A stretch of DNA of 64,000 nucleotides, taken from assembly GCA_951406725.2 (NCBI GenBank), contig OX597819.1:124248001-124312000 (forward strand), written 5' to 3'. The DNA comes from Octopus vulgaris. Taxonomy: Eukaryota. The notes beneath the pieces are model-generated. The model saw only the letters and a list, made by a program, of their open reading frames with translations, was not told where the DNA came from and searched no databases. Of the stretch, positions 10,191-23,428 are shown one piece after another. A program made the position numbers and the translations under genes. Position 1 is the stretch's first letter; every line of letters begins with the position of its first letter.

Positions 10191-13095
10191 TCTCACTATC
10201 CCTTTCCTCCTCCTCCTCCCCGTCACCGTCTTTGCGATGTTTTTCTCGCTGGTTTTTTAATAACTTCACTTTCGCCTTCTCAGCCAACGTGAGTAGGATA
10301 AACAGTTGAGGAGGAAGAGGAAGAGTACTAATCACTATTAGTACCGGGGGAAGAGAGAGGGAGGGAGGGAGTGAGACGGCTGCACTGACATTTATTGTAA
10401 GAGGGGAAACGAGATTTTGCTTCAACACGAAGAATCATTAAAAAATGGTGATTAATAAATATTAGAATTAGAGATAAAGATCTTTTTTTTTTTTGATATT
10501 CGTTGTAATGTGGTTATTAAAAAAATTTATTAAATTCTTGAACACTTTCTGTTGAGGTACAGAATCCCTGAAATTTATTTTATAAGACAGTATAAATGGG
10601 GATGTGTAACGTTCATACCTTCCTCAAATAAATAAAATTAGAAAAAGTGAAAAGGCTCCGAGCCATGAATCGTAAATGCTTTTATAATGAGAGAAGAATT
10701 GACTTTAATAGAGTTTAAACAGGATCTAAACTCAGAGAATTGTAATTCATAACTAGTTCTATTAAATCTAAAGAAGGGGTTCTTGTTTAAAACGGGACTA
10801 ATCTTTAAAAAGTAGATGGGGTTAAGAAACAAAACCAAGAAATAAATCTAAATCTAGTTTCGATTTCTGATTAAGGCTGATTTCTGGTTTCGGTCGTGAT
10901 GCTAATAAGCTTGAATAAACAATTTCTCTGAAGCTAATTTGTTTTTAATCTACGTAAAGAATAAAAAGGTGTATAGTTGAGTACTACTGCTTCGAGATAT
11001 AAAACTCGTTTTTTGTTTTGTTAAAGGAGAAAGAAACGGGAAATATAATATTCACGCATTTTCCCCTTTTATTAGTGGCTTCTATTGAGAATTGAAACTA
11101 TGCTACAATTTCATTTTTGTTTGTCAACAAAATTAAAATCCTAACTCTTTATCATCTCGCCGACCGTATATGAAATTAGCGAGTGAGTTTTCCCGCCATA
11201 GTTATAGAGTTAATTGGTTTGACCTGTCACTAAAAATTGATTTCTTTCTTTCGCCTTTACTTCAAATAAATCTCGTATTATTTTTTTGTACATTTGTGAA
11301 ATAAAATGTTTGCGTATGCCTCTGGGTGTTTGTATGTGTATGTACATAAACAATTTTTTTTTTCAAAACCGGTTTGCACATTTTGTAGAGTTTATATAAT
11401 TCATATATTTTCAAGTAAATATCTGAAAATTTTAATGGATCGATATGGCTATTATTTATTATACGTATAGGTTTCAACTTTTACGATGATGCGATTGAGT
11501 GATTTATTCCTAAATTGACATTTTAGTTAATCAAGGTTGCCCTCTAAATTTTTTGTAGTAATAGTTTATCTCAATAAGTAGTGAAATTATTACTACAAAA
11601 AATTTTATTTTACTAAATTGGTTCCTTTTGCAGTATATTTACACGGTTCAGCAAGATCAGGGCGCAGTAACAATTGTTTTTCTTTTGTGTGAAGAAGATG
11701 GAATATTATAAATACTTATTTTTATTTACAATCGTAATGAAATCTACAAACATCTGTGATTTAGAAAATGTAAAACTGCCAAAATCAAGCGTATTTGCAG
11801 GAAATTCTCCGTTTAAGTTGAATAAAATGCCCTTAATACAACATTTCACCTTATCAACATTGCAACTGTACAATTAAAATCTGGCAGAATTAATTCTAAA
11901 TCCCCGAATTTTCGTCTATTTTTCTCCTCACATAAATAATTTTTAACTAGTGTATTAATTTTCACGATTTAGTCATTATCCTTCTGACCTAGCCTCATAC
12001 TTTCATGGGACTGTTCAAGAAACGAGATAAACCATTTCCGTTTGAAGTATCAAATATAGCCGTTTCGGTTTTTGTTTATATTTTCAAGATACAACTTTTA
12101 AAACGTGTGGTAAAACATTAAATTCCTCAAAAGCTGGAGACGAACAAAAGAACTGTTAAACTATGGCCATTCATCGTCTAGGCAGCAGCATTTTCAGTGC
12201 GGTCGGGGCCATTTCACCCTTACATATTCACACTGGAAAGGCATAAATGTTATAAAACTTATCCCATTCCTTTGTCTTTCAAACAGAGATTTCAGTTTTA
12301 CACCGAGATCTGTTATAGTAAAAACCGACAATGTCCTGCTTAAAGCTATTTTCACCGACTTAAATGAAGGTTGCCTTTGCACAGCTTTACCATTGCCTTC
12401 CTTTGTTAATTTGTATATAAGAAATCCTTAATATAGTTAAGGCTCGGCAAATTTATATAGGGGGGTGTATGCAGATTTCGGCTTGTAGTCGGTATTTTTA
12501 ACCAGCCAATTGACATTTGCATATAGGACTAAAATGCTGTCCCGTTACGGTAAAATTGGGATCAGTAAATAATGTACAGTATTAAAAATCTATCTTAGCT
12601 TTCTTCAATTACCTAAACGAATAAATGAATGCAAAATAGGTAATTCATAGCATCTCTCTCTCTCTCTCTCTATCTTATTTTAGTTCTTGGTGGGGGTTTT
12701 TTTCCCCCCCAAATCAGTCTTCGAATTTCCATGTTTAGAACATCAGAAATTCCAATTATGCAAAATAGTTAGGGATCCAGTTTAGATTTGTCAAAGAACG
12801 TATCCGATCTTATTCACTAGAATCGTAACTGCTCTGCATCAGCCGCAGTTTTGAGAGTGTGCAAAAAGTTCCTCTAACCATTCGTGCTTATCAATTACAG
12901 TAGCGACTCGAAAAGTGTGTCTGACTCCGATACTAGATACCTTTGCTTACGCAGCCAGCATCATACATGTTCGAGTGTTGCTATTTCTAACATTTCTGGT
13001 GGTGGAGGAGGGGTGCTTCTTTCATATTTCCATCACTAATTGCTAAGAGTAATCTGTTTCTTTCATATTTCCATCAGTAATTGATAAGGGTAATC

Positions 13096-13511
13096 GGATC
13101 TTTTCGGTTTGAACGGCAGTTTTTAAAAATAATTTCCACATAACTAAACACTTTTAAACTTCGTATACTGGTAGAATGTGTTTATAAAACATCTTTTTCT
13201 CTTGGCTTTGTTGAGAAAATTCTATAGTTTGTTAGATATTAGTTGGGTTTTTTTTCTTCAATTTCTGTAATTTCAACCAATCAATGACGTCTATTGAGTT
13301 AAAAAGCATTCTGTGCCGTATGAATATGCCCCTCGTTTAAGAAACAGATGGGTTTATTTACATTTGTGAAGAAAAACAAAGATACCCTTCCCCCCGCTCC
13401 TACCCTAACCCTAACCCTAAAACAGATTGAAATGCAATAGCTCGATACTAGGGTCATAATTATGGGTGACAATTTCATATGAAAAAACTGCCGTTCAAAC
13501 CGAAAAGCTCC
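13096..13511. mobile_element. MITE with GGATCTTTTCGGTTTGAACGGCAGTTTTT TIRs
   Basis: ~29-bp TIRs at both ends; internal CCCTAACCCTAACCCTAA; near-identical inverted copy at 23015-23428. Confidence 0.9.
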
Positions 13512-15966
13512 AGCGTTTGTTTAAAGTTCACTTTTCATATTGGAACTCTGCTTGAATTGAAAATTCTGAATTGCTGGACTTTTTCTTTCATTTCTAATCT
13601 TTGCTATTGCTTCCATAAGCTATCTCCATGTTCTTTTAAGTTGAAATTATTTTCATTTATAAAAACATTCTTGTTTTGATACTTTAGCTAATTATTATTT
13701 CGACTACATCCAAAAAGGTCATTCTAAGTTTAAGTGATACCAGAATTATATAGTTATATTGTACTTCAACACAAACTCTACTCTCCTGTATCCAGAGGTT
13801 TTGTGGTCCCTCACCTAAAATATACTTTAAGAAGGACTATCTTAAACTCGAATCCTCCGTTTGCTTCACCCACCTACATGGGTAAAACCTGAATAAAGCT
13901 GCATGGAAATGTCTACCTTGCATGAATACATGGTGCAACTGATTTGAATTTATATCAAATGCACATAATTGCTACATCAAAGGACACTAATACATTTATC
14001 CAGCAGAAACATGTCAGATTTAATGAGAGTAATGCTGTAATAAATAACTGGGGCTACTTTGGTATGGGATCTACAACTTAAAGGGCAATAACTTTAGGTT
14101 ACTTTTTAGTTTGCTTTTCAATTTCTAAAAACCCTTCAGATGTTGGTTAAAGATTTTTTTCAGAGTAAATTCTTTTGTACATACCTAGCATTGTAAATGT
14201 ATTTTTTCAAAATTCTTACTATTTTAATAATAATAGTAAAACCATGTTTCATTTATAATAAGAAGAAACCAAGAATAAACAATATAATAATTAAAATAAG
14301 GGGTGGAGTTGGAAAAAGACTATAGACATTATGTGCACCCTTGTCAAAGCATATGTGTACCATCATATCAAGGTTAAATAGAAAGAATATAAAATTAGCA
14401 AGAGGTGGTAATAATTATAGTATTACTGTCAACACTAACTTAAACCCCTACAAAGAGAATAATAATATTAATGGTGACATAGGAAATAGAAACAGTGGTA
14501 CTAATGCTTCTAATATATACAATATAGATTGTAGCTCCGAGGTCTATACTAGCACTGTATTTGGAACTATAAAGGTATTTAAACGTTCTAGCAAAATGTG
14601 GGCAAGAACCTTTCCAACCACAGACAACAGCAAAATCCCACGAAAATTACCACAGAGATCCTTTGGCTCCAATTCATACAAGGAGACTAAAATGGCATCA
14701 ATCTAGTCTTGAGGCACTTCCTCAGTTCTCCAACAGTGAAAAATTAATATATTTAAGAGTTCAAACATTTTGTCATCCCCATATTTCAAGACTTCTGCAC
14801 AGATTCCATGAGACCCTGGAGACTTACTGTTATTCAGTTTATTCACAGCTAAATAAATGTCATTTACAGTTGATTCAAATGCCATCTCTTCTATAATTGG
14901 AAGGTGTTCAATTTTTTCTATCGTCTTCATGTCAACGGATGATCGTCTATTCAAAAGTGCAGAAAAATGTTCTACCCAATGCTTATGAATAGAAGCAGTA
15001 TCAGTCAGAAGAAAATGTCCATTTGCTGTTCTCAGTGGAGCTATTGAAGATGATTTTGGGCCATATCCCTCCTTAATGTATCGTTTGGCATTATTTCTAT
15101 CAGCTGCTTCTTGTGCCCCTTTTGCTCTATCATTCCACCATTCCTGTTTAATTTTCCTTAGAGAAGTCTGCAATTTCCTTTTCAGCTTTCTGTAAGCTTC
15201 ATTTGAGTTGAGGTTCAAGGACTGAGAAAGAAGTGTATTGCCTAAATTTTGTTTTCCTAAAAGAGCATGAATTTCTGCTGATCTATCTGAGAACCAGTCA
15301 CTGGAGTTATGTGCTTGAAATCCCACTGATGAACTTGCAGCCTGAAATATTTTTGTTTTGAAATCTTCCCATAGATTGTTTGGGTCAATATTGATACTGT
15401 CTATAGCATCATAGAATCTTTGCAAGTTGCTTGATAATTTAAAGTTTGCAACATTTAACTTTTGGGGTACCTTAGGACCAGACTGTCGATTTTTAGGCAT
15501 TATTGAAAGATCTATTTTTCAACACACTAGATGATGGTCAGTCCTACTCTCTGCCCCTTTCATGGCCGGAACACTAGAAATGTCTTTCATATCATGTTTT
15601 CTGATCAGAATATAATCTACGAGATGCCAGTGCTTAGATCTTGGGTGAAACCAGGTGGTTTTATATTTATTTATCTGCTTAAACAGAGTGTTGGTGACAA
15701 CCAGATTATTTTCAGTACAAAACATCAGAAGAGCTACTCCATTTTTATTGCATTTTCCAATCCCATGTCGACCTAAAACAGGCCATGAAACATAGTCCTT
15801 TCCAACTCTTGCATTGAAATCTCCCAATATGACCAGCTTGTCAGAAATTGGTACTTTCCTCAATAATTGTGCTAGATCATCATAAAACTATCCTCCAGTT
15901 TCATCAGAATGGGACATTGTTGGTGTATAAATACTGACAACGGTAAGAAACCTACCAAGGCTACAA

Positions 15967-16197
15967 GGCGGCAAGCTGGCAGAAACGTTAGCACACCGGA
16001 CGAAATGCTTAGCAGTATTTCATCTGCCATTACATTCTGAGTTCAAATTCCGCCGAGGTCGACTTAGCCTTTCATCCTTTCGGGGTCGATAAATTAAGTA
16101 CCAGTTACGCACTGGGGTCGATATAATCAACTTAATCCATCTGTCTGTCCTTGTTTGTCTCCTCTGTGTTTAGCCCCTTGTGGGTAGTAAAGAAATA
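15967..16197 (+). mobile_element. tRNA-derived SINE, family B, full length
   Basis: ggcggcaagctggcagaaacgttagc head, GAGTTCAAATTCC B-box; 15-bp TSD GGTAAGAAACCTACC at 15942-15956 and 16198-16212. Confidence 0.9.
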
Positions 16198-16489
16198 GGT
16201 AAGAAACCTACCTTTTGTCAGTTTAATACGGAAGCTCTGCAATGGAGGAAACTAATGTATTCTTGAGAGCAAACCCAACACCAGATTCTCTACACTCCAA
16301 AAGATAGTATATCCATAAGTAGGTTCATTTACATGACCCTCACCAGAGAGATGAGTTTCGTTGAGCACAACTATATCAAGGGAATATTTCTTAAGCTCAC
16401 ATGCAATAAGTGCAGTATGCCTTTCTGGCCACTTGTTGAAATTATCATCAAGAAGTGTTCGCACATTTCAACAACCAAAATTCAAAGGA

Positions 16490-17099
16490 TACTCTTTGAC
16501 TTGTTTCAGTCAAGGGAATGTGGCCATGCTGGAGCACTGCCTTTGGTTGAGCAAATCGCCCCCAGGACTTATTCTTTGTCAGCCACTACACTCACGGAGT
16601 GGTTGGCGTTAGGAAGGGCATCCAGCTGTAGAAACACTGCCAGATCAGACTGGGCCTGGCGCAGCCTACTGGCTTCCCAGACCCCGGTCGAACTGTCCAA
16701 CGCATGCTAGCATGGAAAACGGACGTTAAACGATGATGATGATGCCTAGTAATTATTCTATCAGTCTCTTCTGCCGAACCGCTACGTTATGGGAACATAA
16801 ACACACCAGCATCGGTTGTCAAGCGATGTTGGGGGGAGAAACACAGACACAAACATATACACACACATAATATATATATATATATATAGATAGATAGATA
16901 TATATATACATATATAAATATATATATACATATATACGATGGGCTTCTTTCAGTTTCCGTCTACCAAATCCACTCACAAGGCTTTGGTCAGCTTGAGGCT
17001 ATAGTAGAAGACACTTGCCCAAGGTGCCACACAGTGGGACTGAACCCAGAACCATGTGGTTCATAAGCAAGCTACTTACCACACAGCCACTCCTATGCC
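16490..17099 (-). mobile_element. tRNA-derived SINE, family A, split by an RTE tail (~16582-16743, +)
   Basis: Reverse complement of the ggcgcaggagtggctgtgtgg...gactgaaacaagt consensus seen at 30431, 39468, 40153 and 46198. Confidence 0.9.
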
Positions 17100-17904
17100 T
17101 CACAGTGGCAGGACGATGACTGGGTTCAGCCAGTGATACACTGGAACACCTGCCGAGCTAGACCTGTTCCCCTGACTTCCCAAGCCTTTTTAGCCATTTA
17201 CTGAACCTGTTTGAGACATTTTAGAGTAAGTTACAAGTGCATTTTTAGGTTTCTGCCAACCAACCAATTCAATGATTTTACCAACATTTGGAGTACAGAA
17301 AGTACCTGTGCAGATGGTTAATTTTCAGTGGGTGTAGCTTGCACCGCATTACCCTACATATTGGCCCAAGAAGACTTTTGTCGGTGTGACATGGAAATTG
17401 ACAAAATCAGGAACTTCCAAGGCCTCAGGTTTTCTTTTGGAGATTTCCTTCTCCTAGGTAGATCACCAACCAAAGTTAAAGAGCTTCTCCCTGCCCATGA
17501 GGTACGCTATCCCACTCCAGACACCAAACCGACACTCAGACAATCTATAAAGTGGTCAAATATCACTCCGAAGATTGAGGCAGAGCAGTTCATGAAAAAG
17601 AAAAAGGTATGATATGTGATTTGCAAATGTAAATAAGAATTATATATAAATATAAGAAAGTAAAGGATATGCAATAAATATAAACATGTATATAAAACTA
17701 AAAATAAGCTTATAAGACAAAAAAAAGGATATATACATATTTACAGATGTTTTGTTGAATGGCCATTGACTATTGAGGAGTTCATCTGGCCTTTGACTGG
17801 TCTAACTTTCCATCCTGCAGGGTGACCAATAACAACCTCCTCACCAAGCAAGCCTGGCGGGGTTGCCAGTTTAGTCGTCAACAACCCGACAATGCGATAG
17901 ATTG

Positions 17905-17930
17905 TATTGGATTCCACGTTACCAGTAGCA

Positions 17931-17978
<48 letters not shown>

Positions 17979-18036
17979 TATATTCATATATATACATATT
18001 TATATATGAGTGCTACTGGTAACATGGAATCCAATA
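17905..18036. repeat. Palindrome: 30-bp arms around a (TA)n tract
   Basis: tattggattccacgttaccagtagcactta versus tgagtgctactggtaacatggaatccaata. Confidence 0.85.
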
Positions 18037-18305
18037 TATATATATATATATATATCATCATTGTTTAGCGTCTATTTTCCATGCTAGCATGGGTTGGCCA
18101 AAAATGTATGTACATATACGCAGCGCTATGCGTGTGGCAAGTTTTCTACGGCCGGATGACCATCCTGACGCCAACCCCCACCTGTTGCCAAGCGAGGTAG
18201 TTTTTTTCCCTCTCTCTCTTTCGGAGAGGCACTGAGCAGCTATACGAATACATACACACACGGCAGTAACTTCCACCTACCGAATTCAATTCGGGGCTAT
18301 AGTAG

Positions 18306-18390
<85 letters not shown>

Positions 18391-18779
18391 TATGTGTATG
18401 TATGTACTTGCTGGTATGGAGATATGGGGATGAGCTGCAAATTTGTTCATCCCAAGCCCCTGGCACGCAGCCCTCATCCTAATCACCCGAAGGCCAGGCA
18501 GAACAGATCACCACAAGACAAAAAATGCAATAGCAAGACTCGCAATACGATATCACCGCCATGGAAGTATGCTGAAGATAAGAGCAGAACTCCTAGAGGG
18601 AAACAGACAACTGATGCAGTGCAGTTGGCAGCCGCTCAACAGCGGGCTTTTTTGGAAGTTGCACAGAATATTGTGGAACAGCTGACCTGGCTTTGCCAGA
18701 CACCCGACATGCAAGGCACATACCAATAACTGTGTCCACCTCAAACAACAAAGGAACCGGGGTGGCCACCCCTGATACC

Positions 18780-21212
18780 TCCATGTAGTTATTTCTATCG
18801 AGAGCATCACCTTTACCCTTGTAGCAGTTGACTATGGTGCTGCTACGCCAGTCATTGGGTACGACTCCATTATGAACTACCTGGTTTACAATGCGGGTGA
18901 CTAGGCTGTAGCCCACATCACCAGATGTTTTAAGCATCTCAGCAGTGATTCCTGATGGGCCGGGGGGCTTTTCCTGGCTTCATACCCATGGACACTACCG
19001 ACTCATCAATCCGTAGTACATAACCATACCAATGCAATCGTCTCTCCTGCACGCTGCATCGGATGCTTCTTATGCCCAACATTTCTCTCAGTGCGCTTAC
19101 ACTCTGTCGTGCGTGGACACTGACATTACACATCAAGCAGATCATGCTAGCTTCATTTTTTTCGAGCCTACACATGTCCTCTGCAGTCACAGCCCATGTT
19201 TCACTGCCGTGAAGCATGGCAGTTCACACACATGCATCGTACAATCTACCTTTCACTCTGAGCAAGAGACCCTTTGTCGCCAGTAGGGAAAGAAGCTTCC
19301 TAAACTTTGCCCAGGCTATTCTTATTCTAGTGGTAACACTCTCTGAGCATCCACCCCCGCTACTAACTTGGTCACCTAGGTAGCAGAAACTATCAACTAC
19401 TTCTAGTTCCTCCCCCTGCAGTGTAATGGAATCTGTTTTCTGAGTATCAATGGTATCTATTGCCCCTGTGCATCTGCCGCACATGAAAGCTATCTTCTCA
19501 GTTAATTTTCCTTTAATGTTGCTGCACCTCTTATGTGTCCATAGCTTACACTGGGTACATCTTATGGAGTTTCTACTTACACCTTTTCTACAGATCGAGC
19601 AGGGCCACCTACCTGAAGCGGTGTGTGATGAGTTTGCCTTCCTACTTACTAGAACTTTGGTCTTTGCTACATTGACTCTAAGGCCTTTTGATTCTAAACC
19701 TAGCTTCCACACCCGAAATTTCTTTTCTAGTTCTGGTAGTGATTCTGCTATGAGGGCCAGGTCATCAGCATAGATGAGCTCCCAGGGGCAACCCTTCTTG
19801 AATTCCTCTGTTATTGCTTGGAGGACTATGATGAATAGAAGGGGACTGAGGGCTGAACCATGGTGGACCCCTACTTCTACCCGGAATTCTTCACTATACT
19901 CATTGCCAATCCTAACCTTACTAACAGCCTCTTTGTAAAGGGCCTGTACAGCCCTTATTAACCATTCGTCAATCTCCAGTTTCCACATCGCCCACCAGAT
20001 AATAGATCGGGGGACCCTATCAAAGGCTTTCCCCAAGTCCACAAAGTGTTTATCTTTGGCTAGGTATTTCTCCTGCAGTTGTCGAACCAGGAATATGGCA
20101 TCAGTGGTGCTTCTACCTGGCACAAAACCAAACTGCATCTCATCTAAGCAGACTCTCTCCCTGATGAGATGGGCTATGACCTTCATTACCTGATCCAACA
20201 GTTTAATACTCCTGTAGTTATTTCTATCTAAGGCATCACCCTTTACCCTTGAAGCAGTTGACTATGGTGCTGCTACGCCAGTCATTAGGTATGACTCCAT
20301 TATGAACTACCTGGTTTACAATGCGGGTGACTAGGCCATAGCCCACACCACCAGATGTTTTGATCATCTCAGCAGTGATTCCTGATGGGCCGGAGGCTTT
20401 TCCTGGCTTCATACCCTTAATTGCCTTATCTACTAGGGAGCTATCTATACGGATAGCTGGTCCTTCTACAGGGTCAACATTTGGCAGGCTCTCCTCCTCC
20501 CATTCATTCTCCACATTCAGCAGTCTCTCATAATGGCTTCTCCAAGCCTCTTTCTTTTCACAATCATTAAAAGCAAGTGCCCCATCATCCATTCGAACAC
20601 ATTTCTCTCCTGTGACATCACAATTTTCTCTCACACACTGTCTTGCAATCCAAAATACCTCTGTTCTTTGGTCCTCACATCTCTGAACATTAGCAAACTT
20701 CTTTTCCACTTCGCTCTTGGCTATGTATACCTGCCGCCCAGCCTCCCTTCTGGCTACCTGGTACCATTCCCTGCTACCCCCATCATTCCTGGCTTTCCAG
20801 GCCTGTTTCTTTGCCCTAACAGCTTTGTCTACCATTCTATTCCACCTTTTAACTCTAGGTCTGGAAGAGACTTTGCACCAGCCAGACTTGGTCTGTAGCA
20901 CTAAATAATCTGTCCCATAGGAATTTCCAGCTACCTTCTATGTTCGATGTCTGTAGCTCCTCCTCCCTCTCCTCAAATTTCTTGATGAGGATGTCCCTAA
21001 ATCTCTGACCATGTGAAGGGTTCTTTAGCTTCCAAATCCTTCTTTTCTGGATTGGTCTTTTTCTTGGTATCCTTCTGGCCTCGAGCCTAAAGTCACTAAT
21101 GACTAGCCTATGCTGTGGGAGTACATTCTTCACCTGGGAGGGTCTTTGTATTTAAGAGCAACCCTGCATCCCGCTGTCTGGTGAGGATGAAATCAATCTG
21201 GCTAGCAGAGTC
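18780..21212 (-). mobile_element. RTE-clade LINE ORF remnant (APE C-terminus, RT with internal PHD finger)
   Basis: QIDFIL, QHRLVI, KASGPSGITAEMIK, QFGFVPGRSTTDAIF, KAFDRVPR, GVHHGSALSPLLF, YADD (19772-19761), FCYLG; several frameshifts. Confidence 0.95.
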
Positions 21213-21733
21213 TGATCTCAATTATTGGGACCGCCTTGAAACTTTCTCTCCAGCGCCACCGGGAGTGGTACATCATTTGTACGATGTGGAGAATATACCA
21301 CCAGCATTGCCCAAACATTAGTTTCAAGGTTCATCCAAAGCTGGGAACATGGGCTAACTTAGTGATTTGGCAAAAGCGATGGATAGAATAAGTACTGGGC
21401 TTACAATGTAAAAGTCCTGGAGTCGATTTCTTAACTAAAAACAGTGTTCTAGCATGGCCGCAGAAAATGACTGAAACAAGTGAAAGAATAACAGAATAAA
21501 AGAATATATATATATATAATCAATATCAGACTTATTTTATTAAACTAAAGTTTAATAAATTACATCAAATAAAATAAATGAATGAGATTGGATGTAAAAA
21601 CTGGATTAAATTTTTATTTCATATTTCATCATGTTTCAGAGAAAAGGACCAAAATTCCCATAAATAGAACATCATAAAGGTTGTAGTTGTCATTGAAGTA
21701 AAATACAAAAATAAACAAAAAGATATTTAAAAT

Positions 21734-22012
21734 ATGGCCGTTGCCAGCTTCGCCTGGTCCCCGTGCCGGTGGCATGTAAAAAGCACCATCCGATCGTGGC
21801 CGTTTGGCAGCCTCGTCTGGCACCTGTGCCGGTGGCACGTAAAAAGCACCCACTACACTCACGGAGTGGTTGGCGTTAGGAAGGGCATCCAGCTGTTTAA
21901 ACACTGCCAGATCAGACTGGACCTGGTGCAGCCTTCTGGCTTCCCAGACCCCAGCTGAACCGTCCAACCCATGCCAGCATGGAAAGCGGACGTTAAATGA
22001 TGATGATGATGA
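21734..22012 (+). mobile_element. RTE LINE 3' tail with two 63-nt units
   Basis: YGTGCCGGTGGCAYGTAAAAAGCACC at 21762 and 21825, then the conserved tail and (GAT)n. Confidence 0.88.
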
Positions 22013-22089
22013 CATCGGATCTTTTCAGATATTTGTATATTCATTATTCTCCTCAGCATTGTTTGAATCTAGACAGAAATCATTGAAGG

Positions 22090-22876
22090 TGTAGTAAATG
22101 ACCGTACGTAAAGGAGTTGGTGATAGAAATGTCTCTTTTTAAACGCCGTACGGTCACCCTAACAAAGAATAACACCATTATGTGGAATAAAGGAATAAGA
22201 GTGCCAGTAAAGAATAAAGAGAAAAAACACAATAGCAGTTCATTCTTTGTCAATGAAGTTGGGATAAAGAGGAGAGCAGTTACTACGCGTGTAGAAGTTG
22301 GGCTTCGATCCATTTGCCAGGTTACATCGGTACAGAAGATCTTGCCGGTAGTGCTGTGCTGTTTACCTTGGTATGTATACACAACAGCGAGAAAGCTAAA
22401 CCTAAGCGAGTGTGCTGTGTACGTATTGGTGTTGCTGGAGATGAAGGCGACGGAGATGGAGACAACATGAAGCTGAAGGGCAACAATAAGCTAAGGCGGC
22501 GGTATTGATGGCAGCATCAAAGTGAAGTTGACAATGGCAATGGTGGAGAAACGTCCTGCGTTGCTCGTGTATGTTGGCATTGGCTGGAGCAGGAACATGG
22601 CTGGGTCGCTGGAACTGGCTGGTCTGGCGTGGTCAATGGTCAGAGACCAAAGCCCTCAATTCACTGGATTGCTGGGTTTTTATAAGGTTCTAGAGGCTCC
22701 AGAAGAAAACCCAAAAGACTGTGTCACATGATCTTATTGCAAGGTTCTGACTGGTTGGTTCACACATTGGTGTGAAGTAAGTCAAGAGACAAACTGCGCC
22801 AATGCCAACCAATCAGAGCAGTGGATACAACAGGGCCCAAACAGCAGCCAAAAGTTAACTGTCATCTGCTACGACA
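22090..22876. mobile_element. Possible solo LTR-like segment
   Basis: GC-richer block bounded by TGTAGTA...TACGACA (TG..CA, 6/7 inverted), with an internal TATA-like site; no TSD seen. Confidence 0.3.
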
Positions 22877-23014
22877 TTATTTCTAACATATCTCTCAAAT
22901 AGCGAGGATATCACCAAGCTATGCTACAAAGGACTCTGCTGGTTACATATCTCATATTTAAATTTTTGACTTGCTCACTATTAAAGCAAATATATATCTA
23001 TTTAAAAAACTTGT

Positions 23015-23428
23015 GGATCTTTTCGGTTTGAACGGCAGTTTTTTTCCTAGCGGTGTCATATGAAATTGTCACCCATAATTATGACCCTAGTATCGATCTA
23101 TTGCATTTCAATCTGTTTTAGGGTTAGGGGTGGGGAGAAGGGTATCTTTTTTTCTTCAGAAATGTAAATAAACCCAATCTGTTTCTTAAACGAGGGACAT
23201 ATTAATACGGCACAGAATGTTTTTCACCTCAATAGACGTCATTGATTGGTTGAAATTGCAGAAATTGAAGAAAAAAACAACAAATATCTTATAAACTATT
23301 GAGTTTTCTCAATAAAGCCAAGATAAAAAGATGTTTTATAAACACATTCTACCAGTATACGAAGTTTAAAAGTGTTTAGTTACGTGGAAATTATTTTTAA
23401 AAACTGCCGTTCAAACCGAAAAGATTTC
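23015..23428. mobile_element. MITE, inverted copy of 13096-13511
   Basis: Same TIRs; flanks aaacttgt / aaacttgc (7/8 TSD); internal TTAGGGTTAGGG. Confidence 0.9.

Larger units (their letters stand above)
14575..17630 (-). mobile_element. Decayed RTE/BovB-like LINE (5' UTR, APE endonuclease, start of RT), interrupted by SINEs
   Basis: RTLLD..PERHTALIACELKKYSLDIVVLNET; ILGDFNARVG; TWFHPRSKHWHLVDY; KSPGSHGICAEVLKYG; NFRGILLLSVVGKVLA; stops and frameshifts. Confidence 0.88.

Noticed and set aside
13403-13420. (CCCTAA)3 as an interstitial telomere or fusion scar
   Set aside because: Internal to a MITE that is present twice in the window.
19224-20198. 324-aa RT ORF as an active or domesticated gene
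   Set aside because: Flanked by frameshifts, has an in-motif deletion before FVDL, and lacks the 5' end and tail.
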